From Zancudomyces culisetae HAW-14-8 (lineage: Eukaryota > Fungi > Kickxellomycota): a stretch of 64,000 nt of DNA. Positions 1-10,843 of the stretch are shown here, in pieces. Under the pieces are notes generated by a model, which was given only the letters and a program-made list of their open reading frames with translations, did not search any database and had not been told where the DNA came from. Each line of letters starts with the position of its first letter. The stretch's first letter is position 1. The stretch covers positions 248,001-312,000 of the forward strand of contig JBNJNM010000015.1 in the NCBI GenBank assembly GCA_052426225.1. The letters run 5' to 3'. Position numbers and translations under genes: made by a program.

Positions 1-42
1 GTTGTTGTTATAATGATGTAATTCTGTTACTTGAATAGGATG

Positions 43-1674
43 TTAATCCATTACATTTATCGGAGATGAAGGAGGGTCTTCCTCCATCTCCGCATCATGG
101 ATGCTGGGACCGATTTGATTGCTGTTGTCTTGATCCGGAGGTTTTCCGGTTCCGCTGTCTTCCGCCTCGCCGTGTGGTGCCTCTTGCTGGTTTTGCGTTT
201 GATTCTGTTCCTGTGCTTGCTGTTGTTCTTGTACTTGGTGTTGTTCTTGTACTTGGTGTTGTTCTTGTACTTGGTGTTGTTCTTGTACTTGGTGTTGTTC
301 CCGTGCTTGTTGTTGCTCCTGTGGTTGTGTTTCCATTGCCACTTCCCCTTCCAACGTAAGTATATTTATTTCGGTTCTTATAGCTTCCTCCTTTTCTTTA
401 TTTGCAATCTTCTGCGCGAGTATTAAGAATGCTTTGTCCTCTTTAACTTTCTTTTGTTTGTTGTTTTTTTTGTTTGTTTTTTGTTTCAATATTTTATATT
501 TTTGTGTGTTTGTTTTTTTCCTGATTATGTTGTTATTAAAAAGAACATCATTAATAATATTTTCCACTTCCATGTTTTCTTGTTTCAGCTCATGTTCTTG
601 TCTTAGAACTTCCTCTTCATCTTGTTCTTGCTTTTTTTTTTGTATTTCCGAGTCGTATCCTTCATCCATAAGGTTTTCGTAGTTATCAATAAAATTTGTG
701 TTCACCATTTCTTTTTCTTGTTGTACCTCTTTCTGCTCCTGATGTTGAGCTGAGACTCGATCTTTTTTTTGTTTTCCCTTCTGTTCTTGTGGTTGTGGTT
801 GTGCTGAGGCTTGGTCTTTTACCCGTCCCTTTTCTTTTGTTCTTTCCTTTACTTTTTGATTTTCTTGTTCGCTCCCTTTTTGTCGCTCTTGTTCGATCTG
901 GTTTTTGCCTTTTTCGATGATGTTCATCATCTCCCTGTACTTGTCCGGTCTGCCTCTTTTCCTTAGTTTTGCCAGTTCAGGGCACTCGCTTTTCCAGTGG
1001 CCTTCCTTCTTGCAGTATGTGCATGAAGCTGGGGCCCCATCCCAGATAAGATTGACCTTCTCATCTTTTACTACTAACGTGGTGGGCAATATGGCTAAGT
1101 CGTGCATCTTAATCAATACTTTTAAGCTATTGACAAAGAAATGGTTGTTGCCCGGCACCCTCAGTGCCATTATATCTGCAACTTCACCATACTGACTTAG
1201 CTCTTCGTACAAATTCTTCACAAAGCCATGTATTTCATCATTCTTAAAGGATGGTATAGTTACCACCTTCGTCTTTTCTGAATGTTGGAAAGTGTTATAC
1301 AGGTTTAGCTCCTTTCCTGTTATTGTTTCCTCAATTTTTCTGGCCTCTTCTGCTTCTTCCAGTGTTGTGAACCAGACAAACAGGACGCCTCTTTCTCTAT
1401 CTTGGTCAAATGAGATTTCAAAATCTTTTAAGGTATCAGATATCTCTCTCACTGCCGCGTCATAGTTCTCATTGATACTTCTAGTTCTGATGGCGAATTT
1501 TCGCTCATCTCTAGTTCTGCATACCATCATGTTTCCTACATTGGGTCTCTCATCGACCCAGTATAGGACGGAGTATTGTTGGTAGAGCACCGCTCTTCCT
1601 CCCCTTGCAGCTTGGTAGCTGCCACTTTGCGCAGTTTGCGCGTAAGACTTTTCTTTCGTCTGCGTTGATGCCAT
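43..1674 (-). CDS. ORF1 (gag-like nucleic-acid-binding protein) of an L1/Tx1-like non-LTR retrotransposon
   Basis: 543-aa intact ORF; CCHC zinc knuckle CTYCKKEGHWKSEC preceded by an RRM-like region (LSQYGEVADI...LPTTL...W.GAP); charged, Q/E-rich C-terminus typical of LINE ORF1. Confidence 0.8.
   Translation of the reverse strand: MASTQTKEKSYAQTAQSGSYQAARGGRAVLYQQYSVLYWVDERPNVGNMMVCRTRDERKFAIRTRSINENYDAAVREISDTLKDFEISFDQDRERGVLFVWFTTLEEAEEARKIEETITGKELNLYNTFQHSEKTKVVTIPSFKNDEIHGFVKNLYEELSQYGEVADIMALRVPGNNHFFVNSLKVLIKMHDLAILPTTLVVKDEKVNLIWDGAPASCTYCKKEGHWKSECPELAKLRKRGRPDKYREMMNIIEKGKNQIEQERQKGSEQENQKVKERTKEKGRVKDQASAQPQPQEQKGKQKKDRVSAQHQEQKEVQQEKEMVNTNFIDNYENLMDEGYDSEIQKKKQEQDEEEVLRQEHELKQENMEVENIINDVLFNNNIIRKKTNTQKYKILKQKTNKKNNKQKKVKEDKAFLILAQKIANKEKEEAIRTEINILTLEGEVAMETQPQEQQQAREQHQVQEQHQVQEQHQVQEQHQVQEQQQAQEQNQTQNQQEAPHGEAEDSGTGKPPDQDNSNQIGPSIHDAEMEEDPPSSPINVMD
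203..320 (-). repeat. 18-bp coding tandem repeat (QEQHQV) in ORF1
   Basis: Unit TGTTGTTCTTGTACTTGG occurs 4 times perfectly at 221-292 with degenerate flanking copies. Confidence 0.95.
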
Positions 1675-2088
1675 ATCTTCGCAGACGTTTCTTGGTTTTT
1701 TTGTTTTTGGATCAGTTAAATTTGGTAGATTTGGGTTTAAATTTATGTTCAGTTGGACTAAATGTGTTGAGATCAGTACTAATCTCGGTTTAGACGTGTT
1801 TTTTATGAGTTTTTTATGACCTTTTGGGTACTTTTTACTATGTTTTTTGGGTTTTTTATAACTTTTTTTGTTATCTTTTTGTTATCTTTTTATGTTTTTT
1901 CTTATGTTTTTTTATTGCTATATATCTTTTTTTTTCTTATGGTTTTTAATGTTTTTAGGCTTGTTTTAAAGGTAATATTTTATTTAAGATGTTGTGTGAT
2001 TTTAGTCGCTGTCAATAGTCGATATCGCTATATTTTTCAATTTTTTAAAAAATGAAGTACTATAGTGTATAAAATCTTCCCTGGATAA

Positions 2089-2760
2089 TTTTTTTTTTTT
2101 TTTTTCGGTAGAAAAAAAAATTTATTTAGAAAATAAACAGTTCCTAAAAAATAAAAACAATCTATATTCTAAACTCATCCTATTCCCCTTCGACTCTCTA
2201 GAGTCTCCGTACCCGATGGGCATTGGTTCAAGGGGAGTGGGACTACACTAATGTCTTTCAACACTAGGTAGCGAGGTAAAAAGGTCTCGTTAAGAAACCG
2301 GGCTGTGGAAACCACTGCTCTAACGCAAGTGGCGTTTGGATCTCGAAGAATCCCAGGTAGTTTGAGCTTTAACTCCTCCCCCAGGAGTTTACCCACGATT
2401 TTCCTGCGAAGCTCAACACACTCGGAAATCGTGCTAGATAAAAAAGAACTATAAAAATCTATAAATTCAGTAAGTAAATCCTTCCTAATTTCGTCCCATC
2501 TGCTGCAATCTAATAGGTAATGTTCAACTGTTTCTTTTTCTTCTTTCTTACAGAACGGACATTTGGCTTTGTAATCTGGATCTATAAAACCCGAATTTGC
2601 TAATCTCGTGGCGGTCCAAAATTGGCCTATTCGAATTCGACCTACGATCTATTGCCGACTCTGATTCCAAGTTTACCCCGCAACCTATTCCCATTCAGTG
2701 CAACAGTTTTATCTGATCTTAACATTATACGCATTCCATTTTCGACAACTGCATGGCCTC
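2089..2760 (-). mobile_element. 5'-truncated, degenerate LINE 3' end: ORF2 C-terminal CCHC zinc finger, 3' UTR and poly(A)
   Basis: Minus frame from ~2648 to 2175 reads IVGRIRIGQFWTATRLANSGFIDPDYKAKCPFCKKEEKETVEHYLLDCSRWDEIR... (CxxC-x-ETVEH-x4-C); TGA at 2175; 17-nt poly(A) at 2089-2105; in-frame stop at 2649-2651; upstream boundary approximate. Confidence 0.8.
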
Positions 2761-3057
2761 ACTCAATCTGTGGGATATAAAAAAAACTGATCAAAAAGAT
2801 TCCTCCATAGCTGTTGGGTTCATATAAGATCGACTTTCTAAGTACCAGACAACATATTCCACTCTTGTACAATACACACTTCCAAGATACGACTTTTTCC
2901 TGTTTTGGTCAAATTACAAATTTTATTAAAAATAAAACTAAACAAAACCATCATATAAAACTTGTCAAATTTCAATTCAATCCGGGCAATATTTATGTAC
3001 TGGTGTTCTTTTATACTGATATGGACAAAACCAAAATTAAATCAAGCTATAATATAC

Positions 3058-3705
3058 TTAGGCTCTGATTGTCTTGAGGTAGTTTTCTAGAGGACCGCGC
3101 TCGTCAAGGTATTTAACGTGACAACCGTCTGGTTGCAATTTTCCGGCACTTCTAGCCTCAATGTAATCTTCACGTGAAAGCTTGGTGAAGCCCCACTTCT
3201 TGGAGATGATCAACTTTTGTCTTCCTGGGAACTTGTACTTGGCACGACGAAGAGCCTCCATGACAACATCCTTGTTGTTGTCTCTGGTACGGACTGAAAG
3301 CAAGATTTGACCGATCTTGACACGTGCAACGGTTCCGTATGGCTTTCCGAAAGCACCACGCATACCGGTTTGGAGTCTATCAGCTCCGGCACATGACAAC
3401 ATCTTGTTGATGCGCAATACGTGGAATGGGTGGACACGTACACGGAGATGGAATGAGTCCTTTCCTGCAACCTTGGTGATGTATTTGTTACAACAGATAC
3501 GGGCAGCTTCAAGAGCCTCAGATGAGATTTGTTGGAGCTCGTCTGAGATCATGTGAACGCAAAGTGGGAATTCGTCAACTCCTGCCTTCTTTCTTCCAAG
3601 ATCGAAGATGCGGATCTTTGGATCTGGTACACCACGGCAGAATCTTGACTTTGGATATGGCTTGTTCTTGCAATATCTGTAACAACGTGCTGGACGACGA
3701 CCCAT
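3058..3705 (-). CDS. RPL10: 60S ribosomal protein L10 (uL16)
   Basis: [37 protein letters not shown]; [24 protein letters not shown]. Confidence 0.99.
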   Translation of the reverse strand: MGRRPARCYRYCKNKPYPKSRFCRGVPDPKIRIFDLGRKKAGVDEFPLCVHMISDELQQISSEALEAARICCNKYITKVAGKDSFHLRVRVHPFHVLRINKMLSCAGADRLQTGMRGAFGKPYGTVARVKIGQILLSVRTRDNNKDVVMEALRRAKYKFPGRQKLIISKKWGFTKLSREDYIEARSAGKLQPDGCHVKYLDERGPLENYLKTIRA

Positions 3706-3715
3706 TTTCGATTAT

Positions 3716-4141
3716 CTATAATAAAAAGCAGCAAATAATTAGCAAATATTATACACAAAATGTATATGTATAGTGTTGATATTTGTGTTGTAGGGGATGG
3801 TTGGAGCAAGACATGTTCAAATACTCTGGTAGTGTTATTCTTAACGTAAAATACTTGTTAGCGTTGCTATTTTTCTTTCGACAAAATAAAGGATAACAGT
3901 TTTCATCAAAATCACATCGCTTTAAAACAAATCCAATAAAACAAAATTGAATGAATCCGTATACCAAATAATTATAGATTTTAATTGAATCTCAAATTAT
4001 ATCCACAAATCCCATGTTCCTTTGTGCCGTACCAAAGTTGAAATGCCACATACTCCCATCCATCCCTTCCAAAATAGTACCTTGATAGTTTATACACTAG
4101 TCTTATGACTGACTGTTATGAATATATGAACATATACTTAC
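3716..4141 (-). other. Putative 5'-UTR intron of RPL10
   Basis: Donor GTAAGT at 4141 (alternative GTACTT at 4155); branch GCTAAT ~3743; acceptor TTATTATAG ending 10 nt before the ATG. Confidence 0.55.
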
Positions 4142-5562
4142 ATTTAAAAAAGTACCTTCTAACGCTTTTTTTAAAGGTGTGAAAAAATGATATTTCAGAA
4201 AAAGGTTTTATATCAAGTGAAAGTTTGAACCTATTTTTTTTTCTTTACTTTTTATTCCCAATTAGAAGCTCAAGTAAAAAATTCACGAATTTTAGGATTC
4301 TTTTTCCCTAATGGCACAGAATGGGTGGGGAGGAGGGGAATTTTGATTTGCTTTTATACAAAAATCTGTTTGGTCTACTGATGCTTGAATCTCAAAGTAT
4401 TTAACCAGCACCTTAATTTTGTAGAATTTAGCTATTTTTTACAGGTGTTGTGTAAGTCGGAAATTATGAAACCCAGGATGGAATTTAATTCAATTGGCTA
4501 GCTATGATTAGTAATATAAAACCATTTGCTTTTATTGGGTAAACAATTAATGCGTCCTTTTTCTATTTCCATAGTTATTATTACTAATTTTTTTGTGGTA
4601 TTTATCGAGATTCAATTGTTTAGAAAGCGACCACTTGGATACTTCAATTCCATTTAGAAATTGCTGGCTGCGCATTATTTTACATTCCAGGAAAAGTAAA
4701 ATGTTTGGGGGGATGGGTGGCGTACTTTTCTGCAGAGATTGCTCATTGCAAAACTCCCTAAGGTGTTGTTTATTTTTATTTTTTGGTTGTTGCTTGAAAT
4801 GTTCTGATTACTAATTAATCTGGCACGAGACCATTGTAAATATATTTGTCAAATTCCCAACATTTAACTATTGGATCTACAAAACCAAACCAGTGCATTA
4901 ATGGACGACAATAGCAAGACATAAATACGACCTTATCCACAACGCCCAAAGATATACAATACATGGTATTTGACTGCTTACTTGCTACTTATTCGTGTGG
5001 TTACTTTCAATTATCAATAAACTCAACCCAGAGAAAAGGTGACTCTAATACTATTCCACTTCGTTCTCTTTAACTCAAACGATTAAAACTACATTTAAGG
5101 TTTACGTATTTGTGGAATTGCTTCAGAGTATATGAGAGAGAGACGATGCACTGAAAAGTAGAATTGTTATTGCACGGTACTTTGTTAACCATTAAACAGT
5201 ATCACAACACCCATCACTATTAATAATCAAATGTATACGCATTTAAACTCCTTTTTTTGCATTATAATCCTTTGGATGAACATGTTCGTATATTAGTAAG
5301 CATTATTATGTTTTATACTTGAGAAAAATAGTCACACTATCTTCTCCTCCCCCCGCTCAATGCAGTAAGTCCGAATGAAGTGCAAGTACGAAAGCGGTTA
5401 TCCAGCCAAAAACTCCACATTTACTTGGTGGTATAGATTCATCTACAGGATTCGATAGTTTATTGAAAACATCGATAGAAGGTGCAAGACACAAAGGGTA
5501 AAAATACAAGAAAAAAAAAGATTACCACGGCGAAACAAGATACAGAGTTGGACCAGTGAATA

Positions 5563-6075
5563 CTAGTCAGAGGAGTTTTCTAGTAGTTGATTTCTGGTTC
5601 TAACCTATGGTGCGTTAATAATTTCAAGAAAGAAATAAACTTAGAAATGTATTTATATGATGTATAAACAAAGCAAACTAGGGAAACTCAAGCACTTACC
5701 AATTCTAGCAGTAATTCATCGACCGAGTTTAGGATATCACTAACTTGACCGTTATTTCCGCTAATTGTGGCATGAGATGGGTTCTGGTTTTCGCCAAGAT
5801 TACCTTCATCGTGTATTTCTCCGGATGCCGATTCTAAGGACCCACCCAATGTATACAAGAATTGCTATTAAATTTAAACATTTAAATATTTTGTTTTCGA
5901 TTCATAATTGTACATTCGACCAAGCAATTTACAAGCACGTTTAGCAAAACAGCACAAAAAATAAATGAAAAACTAGAGGGGAATGGTGTATGTGCGTATG
6001 GCTAACCTGGTATTTCTCGAGTAAGTTTTGAGATATTTGTAAGGCCTTCGAGGGATTATCCACAGAATTATCCAT
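5563..6075 (-). CDS. Small hypothetical helical protein, 91 aa, 3 exons (6075-6007, 5864-5700, 5604-5563)
   Basis: Donors GTTAGC and GTAAGT, acceptors TAG; phase-0 joins give an uninterrupted ORF MDNSVDNPSKALQISQNLLEKYQQFLYTL...DILNSVDELLLELVRTRNQLLENSSD. Confidence 0.6.
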
Positions 6076-6371
6076 ACTTTTAGTGTTTATTCTTATTTAT
6101 AAATATATTACTATTTTGGTGCTTTCGCGAGCATATATGGTTTATTTACTTTAGTATTTTGCATTTGTTAATATAGGCGGAAATTTACTTTAATTTTAGT
6201 GGTGAAAGCTTGCTCATATAAGAAAAAAAAAAAATTTTTTTTTTCCCTTTTGTTTCCAGACTTGTGTTGAAAAATCGATATATTTCAACATTTTCGATTC
6301 GCATATTAAAAAAAAATTTTATATAGGAAACAAAAAAGGCTAAGCGCAAAAACAACAGTAATAATATAATA

Positions 6372-7394
6372 ATGAGCGACAAAATTCCAGACAAAAACCG
6401 AGTGTATATACATAGAGATTATGTGTCGAATGTCACGAGCACTGATTACCCGCAAAACTACTATGGCCAAGAGGATGCACATTTGTACTCAATTGACGAA
6501 AAGGAGCTAGAAAAGATCCAGGTAAAAATCGTCAAGGTGGGCAAACGGGATATGGAATTTGACCTGATTGGGGTCGATTCTTCTATTGCAAATGCGATAC
6601 GACGTATCCTGATAGCAGAAGTTCCCACAATGGCAATAGAAAAAGTGTACATGTTGAACAATACAGGAATAATTGCTGATGAGATTTTGAGTCATCGGTT
6701 GGGGTTGGTACCAGTACGAGCAGATCCCAGAGACTTTAATTGGAAGGAGGACGAGGAGAGCGCGACAGATCGCAACACGATTGTGTTCAAGTTAAGGGTC
6801 AATTACAAGAATATCAAGCGAGCTGGTGAAGAGAAAAAAGAATTTACAGGTGGAAGAAATGTATATAGTAGAGATTTGGTATGGGAGCCAAAGGGCGATC
6901 AAGCTGAGCGGTTTGCAAGTGAGGAAAAGCGGATCCAAGTGGTAGACGACGATATTTTGCTTACCAAGTTGGGGGCAGGACAAAGCATTGAATGTGAGCT
7001 GCATTGTGTCAAGGGAATCGGCAAAGATCATGCCAAATTCTCACCAGTGGCTACGGCAACCTACAGACTTCATCCAGATATCGAGCTTTTACAAGATGAA
7101 TATAGCAAGGAAGAGGGCGAAAAGCTTGTTAATTGTTTTCCAAAGGGAGTATTAGAAACAGAACCACTAGGAAAGGGGAAAGTAAAAGTAGTTGTCAAGA
7201 ATGCACGATTAGATACAGTGAGCCGAGAAGTGCTCCGACATGACGAGTTTGCAGACAAAGTAGTGCTTAGCCGAGTGAAGAACCACTTTATATTTAATAT
7301 TGAGTCTACAGGCGCAATCTCGCCACCCGAGTTATTAATTATGGCACTGGAAATTTTGGCCAGCAAGTGTGGAAACATTAAGAATAGTTTATAA
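6372..7394 (+). CDS. RPC40: RNA polymerase I/III shared subunit AC40
   Basis: EFDLIGVDSSIANAIRRILIAEVPTMAIEKVY..NNT; LSHRLGLVP; KGIGKDHAKFSPVATATYRL. Confidence 0.98.
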   Translation: MSDKIPDKNRVYIHRDYVSNVTSTDYPQNYYGQEDAHLYSIDEKELEKIQVKIVKVGKRDMEFDLIGVDSSIANAIRRILIAEVPTMAIEKVYMLNNTGIIADEILSHRLGLVPVRADPRDFNWKEDEESATDRNTIVFKLRVNYKNIKRAGEEKKEFTGGRNVYSRDLVWEPKGDQAERFASEEKRIQVVDDDILLTKLGAGQSIECELHCVKGIGKDHAKFSPVATATYRLHPDIELLQDEYSKEEGEKLVNCFPKGVLETEPLGKGKVKVVVKNARLDTVSREVLRHDEFADKVVLSRVKNHFIFNIESTGAISPPELLIMALEILASKCGNIKNSL

Positions 7395-7457
7395 TTTTAT
7401 ATTTAAGATTGAAAAGTAAAATAAAATAAATTATATTAAAGAGGAATTAAAAGGGAT

Positions 7458-9473
7458 TTATTTCTTATCAGAGTCTTTGAATTCAGCATCTTGGGCATTG
7501 CTGTCTTGTGTGGAGGAAGAAGAAGATGATGATGATGATTCAGCGTTGCGCTTCTTGTAGACTTGCTCGAACAATTTGAGGGATTGTTGTTGCAAGTTGT
7601 GGTATTCCTGTCTGATTTCTTCGGCAGTCTTTGTGACTTCACCAGAGTTGATCTTGGCAATCAAGTCTCTGAGGTTGGTAATTGAGACGTTGATTTGGTC
7701 AACAGAAGGCTTGTCAAGTTGGTCCTTGAATTCTGCAAGGTGGCGCTCGGTTTCAGAGATGATGGATTCGGCAGTGTTGACACTTTCGATGGTCTCACGA
7801 CGAGCCTTATCAGCTTCAGCGAATTTCTCAGAGTCTGAAATCATATCTTCGATTTCGGACTTGCTGAGACCAGAGGAGGCAGTAAGGGTAATGGACTGGT
7901 CCTTGTTGGTGGCCTTGTCCTTGGCAGATACGTTGACAATACCGTCAGCATCAATGTCAAAAGTGACTTCGATTTGAGGAATGCCCTTTGGAGCTGGTGG
8001 GAATCCTGAAAGCTGGAAGTTGCCCAACAATTTGTTGTCCTTGCACAATTCACGCTCTCCTTGGAAGATGCGGATATCAACAGCTGTTTGACCATCAGCA
8101 GCAGTACTGAATACTTGGGACTTCTTGGTTGGGATGGTTGTGTTACGGTGAATCAATCTTGTGAATACACCTCCCAAAGTCTCAATTCCCAATGACAATG
8201 GTGTTACGTCCAACAACAAAATGTCGGTTACCTCTCCAGCCAACACACCTCCTTGAATTGCTGCTCCAATTGCGACAGCTTCATCAGGGTTGACTGCTTT
8301 GGTTGGTTCGCGTCCAAAGGTTTCCTTGACAATTTCTTGTACCTTTGGCATTCTGCTCATTCCTCCGACCAAAATTACCTCCTTGATATCATTGGATGTA
8401 ACTTGCGCATCCTTCATGGCCTTCTTGCATGGCTCAATTGTGCGTGTAACCATAGATCCAACCAATGCTTCGAATTGAGCACGGGTCAACTTGGTGTTGA
8501 TGTGTTTTGGTCCTGATGCGTCAGCTGTGATGAATGGCAAGTTGATTTCAGTTTGCATGGTTGATGACAATTCAACCTTGGCCTTCTCACATGCCTCACG
8601 TACTCTCTGTACTGCCATTCTGTCGTTGCTGAGATCAATTCCTGTCTCCTTCTTGAAGTCTCCAATCACCTTACGTACCAACACAATGTCAAAGTCCTCT
8701 CCTCCCAAATGTGTGTCTCCGTGGGTTGATTTGACCTCAAACACTCCCTTTTGGATCTCCAAAATAGAGATATCGAATGTTCCTCCTCCCAAATCATATA
8801 CTGCTACTACCTTGTCGCTGTCCTTGTCTACTCCATATGCCAATGCTGCTGCTGTTGGCTCGTTGATTACTCTCAACACATTAAGTCCTGCAATTGATCC
8901 TGCATCCTTGGTTGCTTGTCTTTGTGAGTCATTGAAGTATGCTGGCACTGTAACTACTGCATTCTTTACTGGTGTTCCCAAAAATGCCTCTGCTGTCTCC
9001 TTCATCTTTCCAACAACAAATCCTCCTATTTGTGATGGTGAGTATCTCTTGCCCAGGGATTCCAACCATGCGTCTCCATTGGAGTGCTTCACAATCTTGT
9101 AACTGACTTCTTTGATGTCTCTTTGTACCTCAACATCTTCGTATTTTCTTCCAATCAATCTCTTGGTTGCATAGAATGTGTTTTCTGGGTTGACTACTGC
9201 TTGTCTTCTGGCTGGTTGTCCGACCAACAACTCTCCCTCCTTTGAAAAGGCAACAACTGATGGTGTTGTACGTCCTCCCTCAGCGTTTTCTATTACTCGG
9301 GCGTTCTTTCCTTCAATCACTGCTACACAGGAATTGGTGGTTCCAAGATCAATTCCGATCACGCTTCCAGTGACTTTGCTGCTCATAAAGCGGCTGCTGG
9401 CGCCCAACAGTGCTTTCTTTACTATTGGTGCCTGTCTAAGTGTTTTGCTTACTCCAAATTTGCTCATATACAT
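7458..9473 (-). CDS. SSC1: Mitochondrial Hsp70
   Basis: Basic presequence; [45 protein letters not shown]; no EEVD tail. Confidence 0.97.
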   Translation of the reverse strand: MYMSKFGVSKTLRQAPIVKKALLGASSRFMSSKVTGSVIGIDLGTTNSCVAVIEGKNARVIENAEGGRTTPSVVAFSKEGELLVGQPARRQAVVNPENTFYATKRLIGRKYEDVEVQRDIKEVSYKIVKHSNGDAWLESLGKRYSPSQIGGFVVGKMKETAEAFLGTPVKNAVVTVPAYFNDSQRQATKDAGSIAGLNVLRVINEPTAAALAYGVDKDSDKVVAVYDLGGGTFDISILEIQKGVFEVKSTHGDTHLGGEDFDIVLVRKVIGDFKKETGIDLSNDRMAVQRVREACEKAKVELSSTMQTEINLPFITADASGPKHINTKLTRAQFEALVGSMVTRTIEPCKKAMKDAQVTSNDIKEVILVGGMSRMPKVQEIVKETFGREPTKAVNPDEAVAIGAAIQGGVLAGEVTDILLLDVTPLSLGIETLGGVFTRLIHRNTTIPTKKSQVFSTAADGQTAVDIRIFQGERELCKDNKLLGNFQLSGFPPAPKGIPQIEVTFDIDADGIVNVSAKDKATNKDQSITLTASSGLSKSEIEDMISDSEKFAEADKARRETIESVNTAESIISETERHLAEFKDQLDKPSVDQINVSITNLRDLIAKINSGEVTKTAEEIRQEYHNLQQQSLKLFEQVYKKRNAESSSSSSSSSTQDSNAQDAEFKDSDKK

Positions 9474-10497
9474 CTTTCTATATTTTCTTATTATCGTTCA
9501 AAATATATTATAAACTTGTATATATTTTTCTTGATAAAATTTTTTTTAAATTCTTAGATTGATTTTGCTTTATATTTCGCTTTTATTTATAATCAAAACA
9601 ATTTGGCTTTTCTATATCCCTCCTTCCTCCCCTCCATTCCCTCTTTTTTTTTTCAACGCTACTACTATTGATGTTATTATTGCTATTTTTTTTTTTACTC
9701 CATCATTAACTACATGATTTTGTGCTTTTTTTTACGTTATGCTTTCTTGGTATTTCTGATTTTGGCAAATCAAAATCCTTTAATCAAACCTCCATTTTTT
9801 TTTAGCTTTGGAAAAAAAAATTTTTTCTACCACAATACTCCACCTTTTGGGTAGTTCGTAACCGATAATAAAAAAAATTACGAGAGGGAAACTTACTACT
9901 AGCATATTTTGTAGGTGGTCATTTTTTTTCCTTAATGCCTATTCGGTTCACGAACCATTCCTTATCAGATTTTTGTCACTTTTTTCCTTCCTAGCATCGT
10001 TTCAATATCAAGAATGAAAGCTGTTATTAAATTTTTCTAGCCAATTTTCACTTGATTTGATCAAAAATTAAAAAGAATAAAAGTCGAAAATCCAATAAAC
10101 TGAAAACGCTAGTGGGTGTTTGGTGTAAAACCAAATAATTCCAATCCACTATTTTGATTTGTATCTAATAAAAACTACCGTGCCAAACTTTAAAATTACA
10201 ATTCACCATATCATATCATTTCTTTATCAAACTATTCTCTCGGTTCACCCACATCTTTCTCTGTCCTTCTAAAATTCACATTTTCTCTCTTTCTCCTTTT
10301 TCCTCTCCCCCTATTTCAGTCTCCTAAATTATTCCTCCGAACAAATCTGCACACACCACCCTTTTCAGTAAACAATTCCCTTTTAGAATATTTTGAGACA
10401 TTTACTTTTTTTTCTTCTCTTTTTTAGAGAGATTTTTAGTAGCTTTGACTGCTCACGGTTAACAGCAAAATATCACGTAGTCTCGGAAATGTACAAA

Positions 10498-10500
<3 letters not shown>

Positions 10501-10530
<30 letters not shown>
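10501..10530. repeat. (AC)15 microsatellite
   Basis: Direct reading. Confidence 0.95.
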
Positions 10531-10536
<6 letters not shown>

Positions 10537-10843
10537 GTTCAAGCTCAAGCCCCTCTGCCCATCTTTCAGCTAATTTTTTTTCCACCTTGTTTCTCACACT
10601 CAACTTTAATTTCCAAAAGTTTCCATGATATTCCATTTAGATAATTACAATACAATTTGCATGAATTAAAACGAACCGATCCAAAAATAATTCCTTACAA
10701 TAATAGTTCATATATGAATTGTATTTATCACTATACTACATACTTCATACTAAATTAACAGCAAAAAACATACTTTTAATGTAAATACAAAAAAGAAAAA
10801 AAAAGCGACACCATTATTGGGTGTGTGAAGTCTAAAGGTTGGA

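Larger units (their letters stand above)
1..2088 (-). mobile_element. 5' part of an L1-like LINE (A-rich 5' UTR ~1675-2088 plus ORF1); ORF2 presumably beyond the left edge
   Basis: ORF1 architecture; A-rich leader ends at a 17-nt A tract; 5' boundary inferred. Confidence 0.6.

Noticed and set aside
7576-9513. Antisense ORFs over SSC1 (and similar ones over ORF1, SSN6, COX15, CTC1)
   Set aside because: Codon-bias or repeat shadows of clear sense genes
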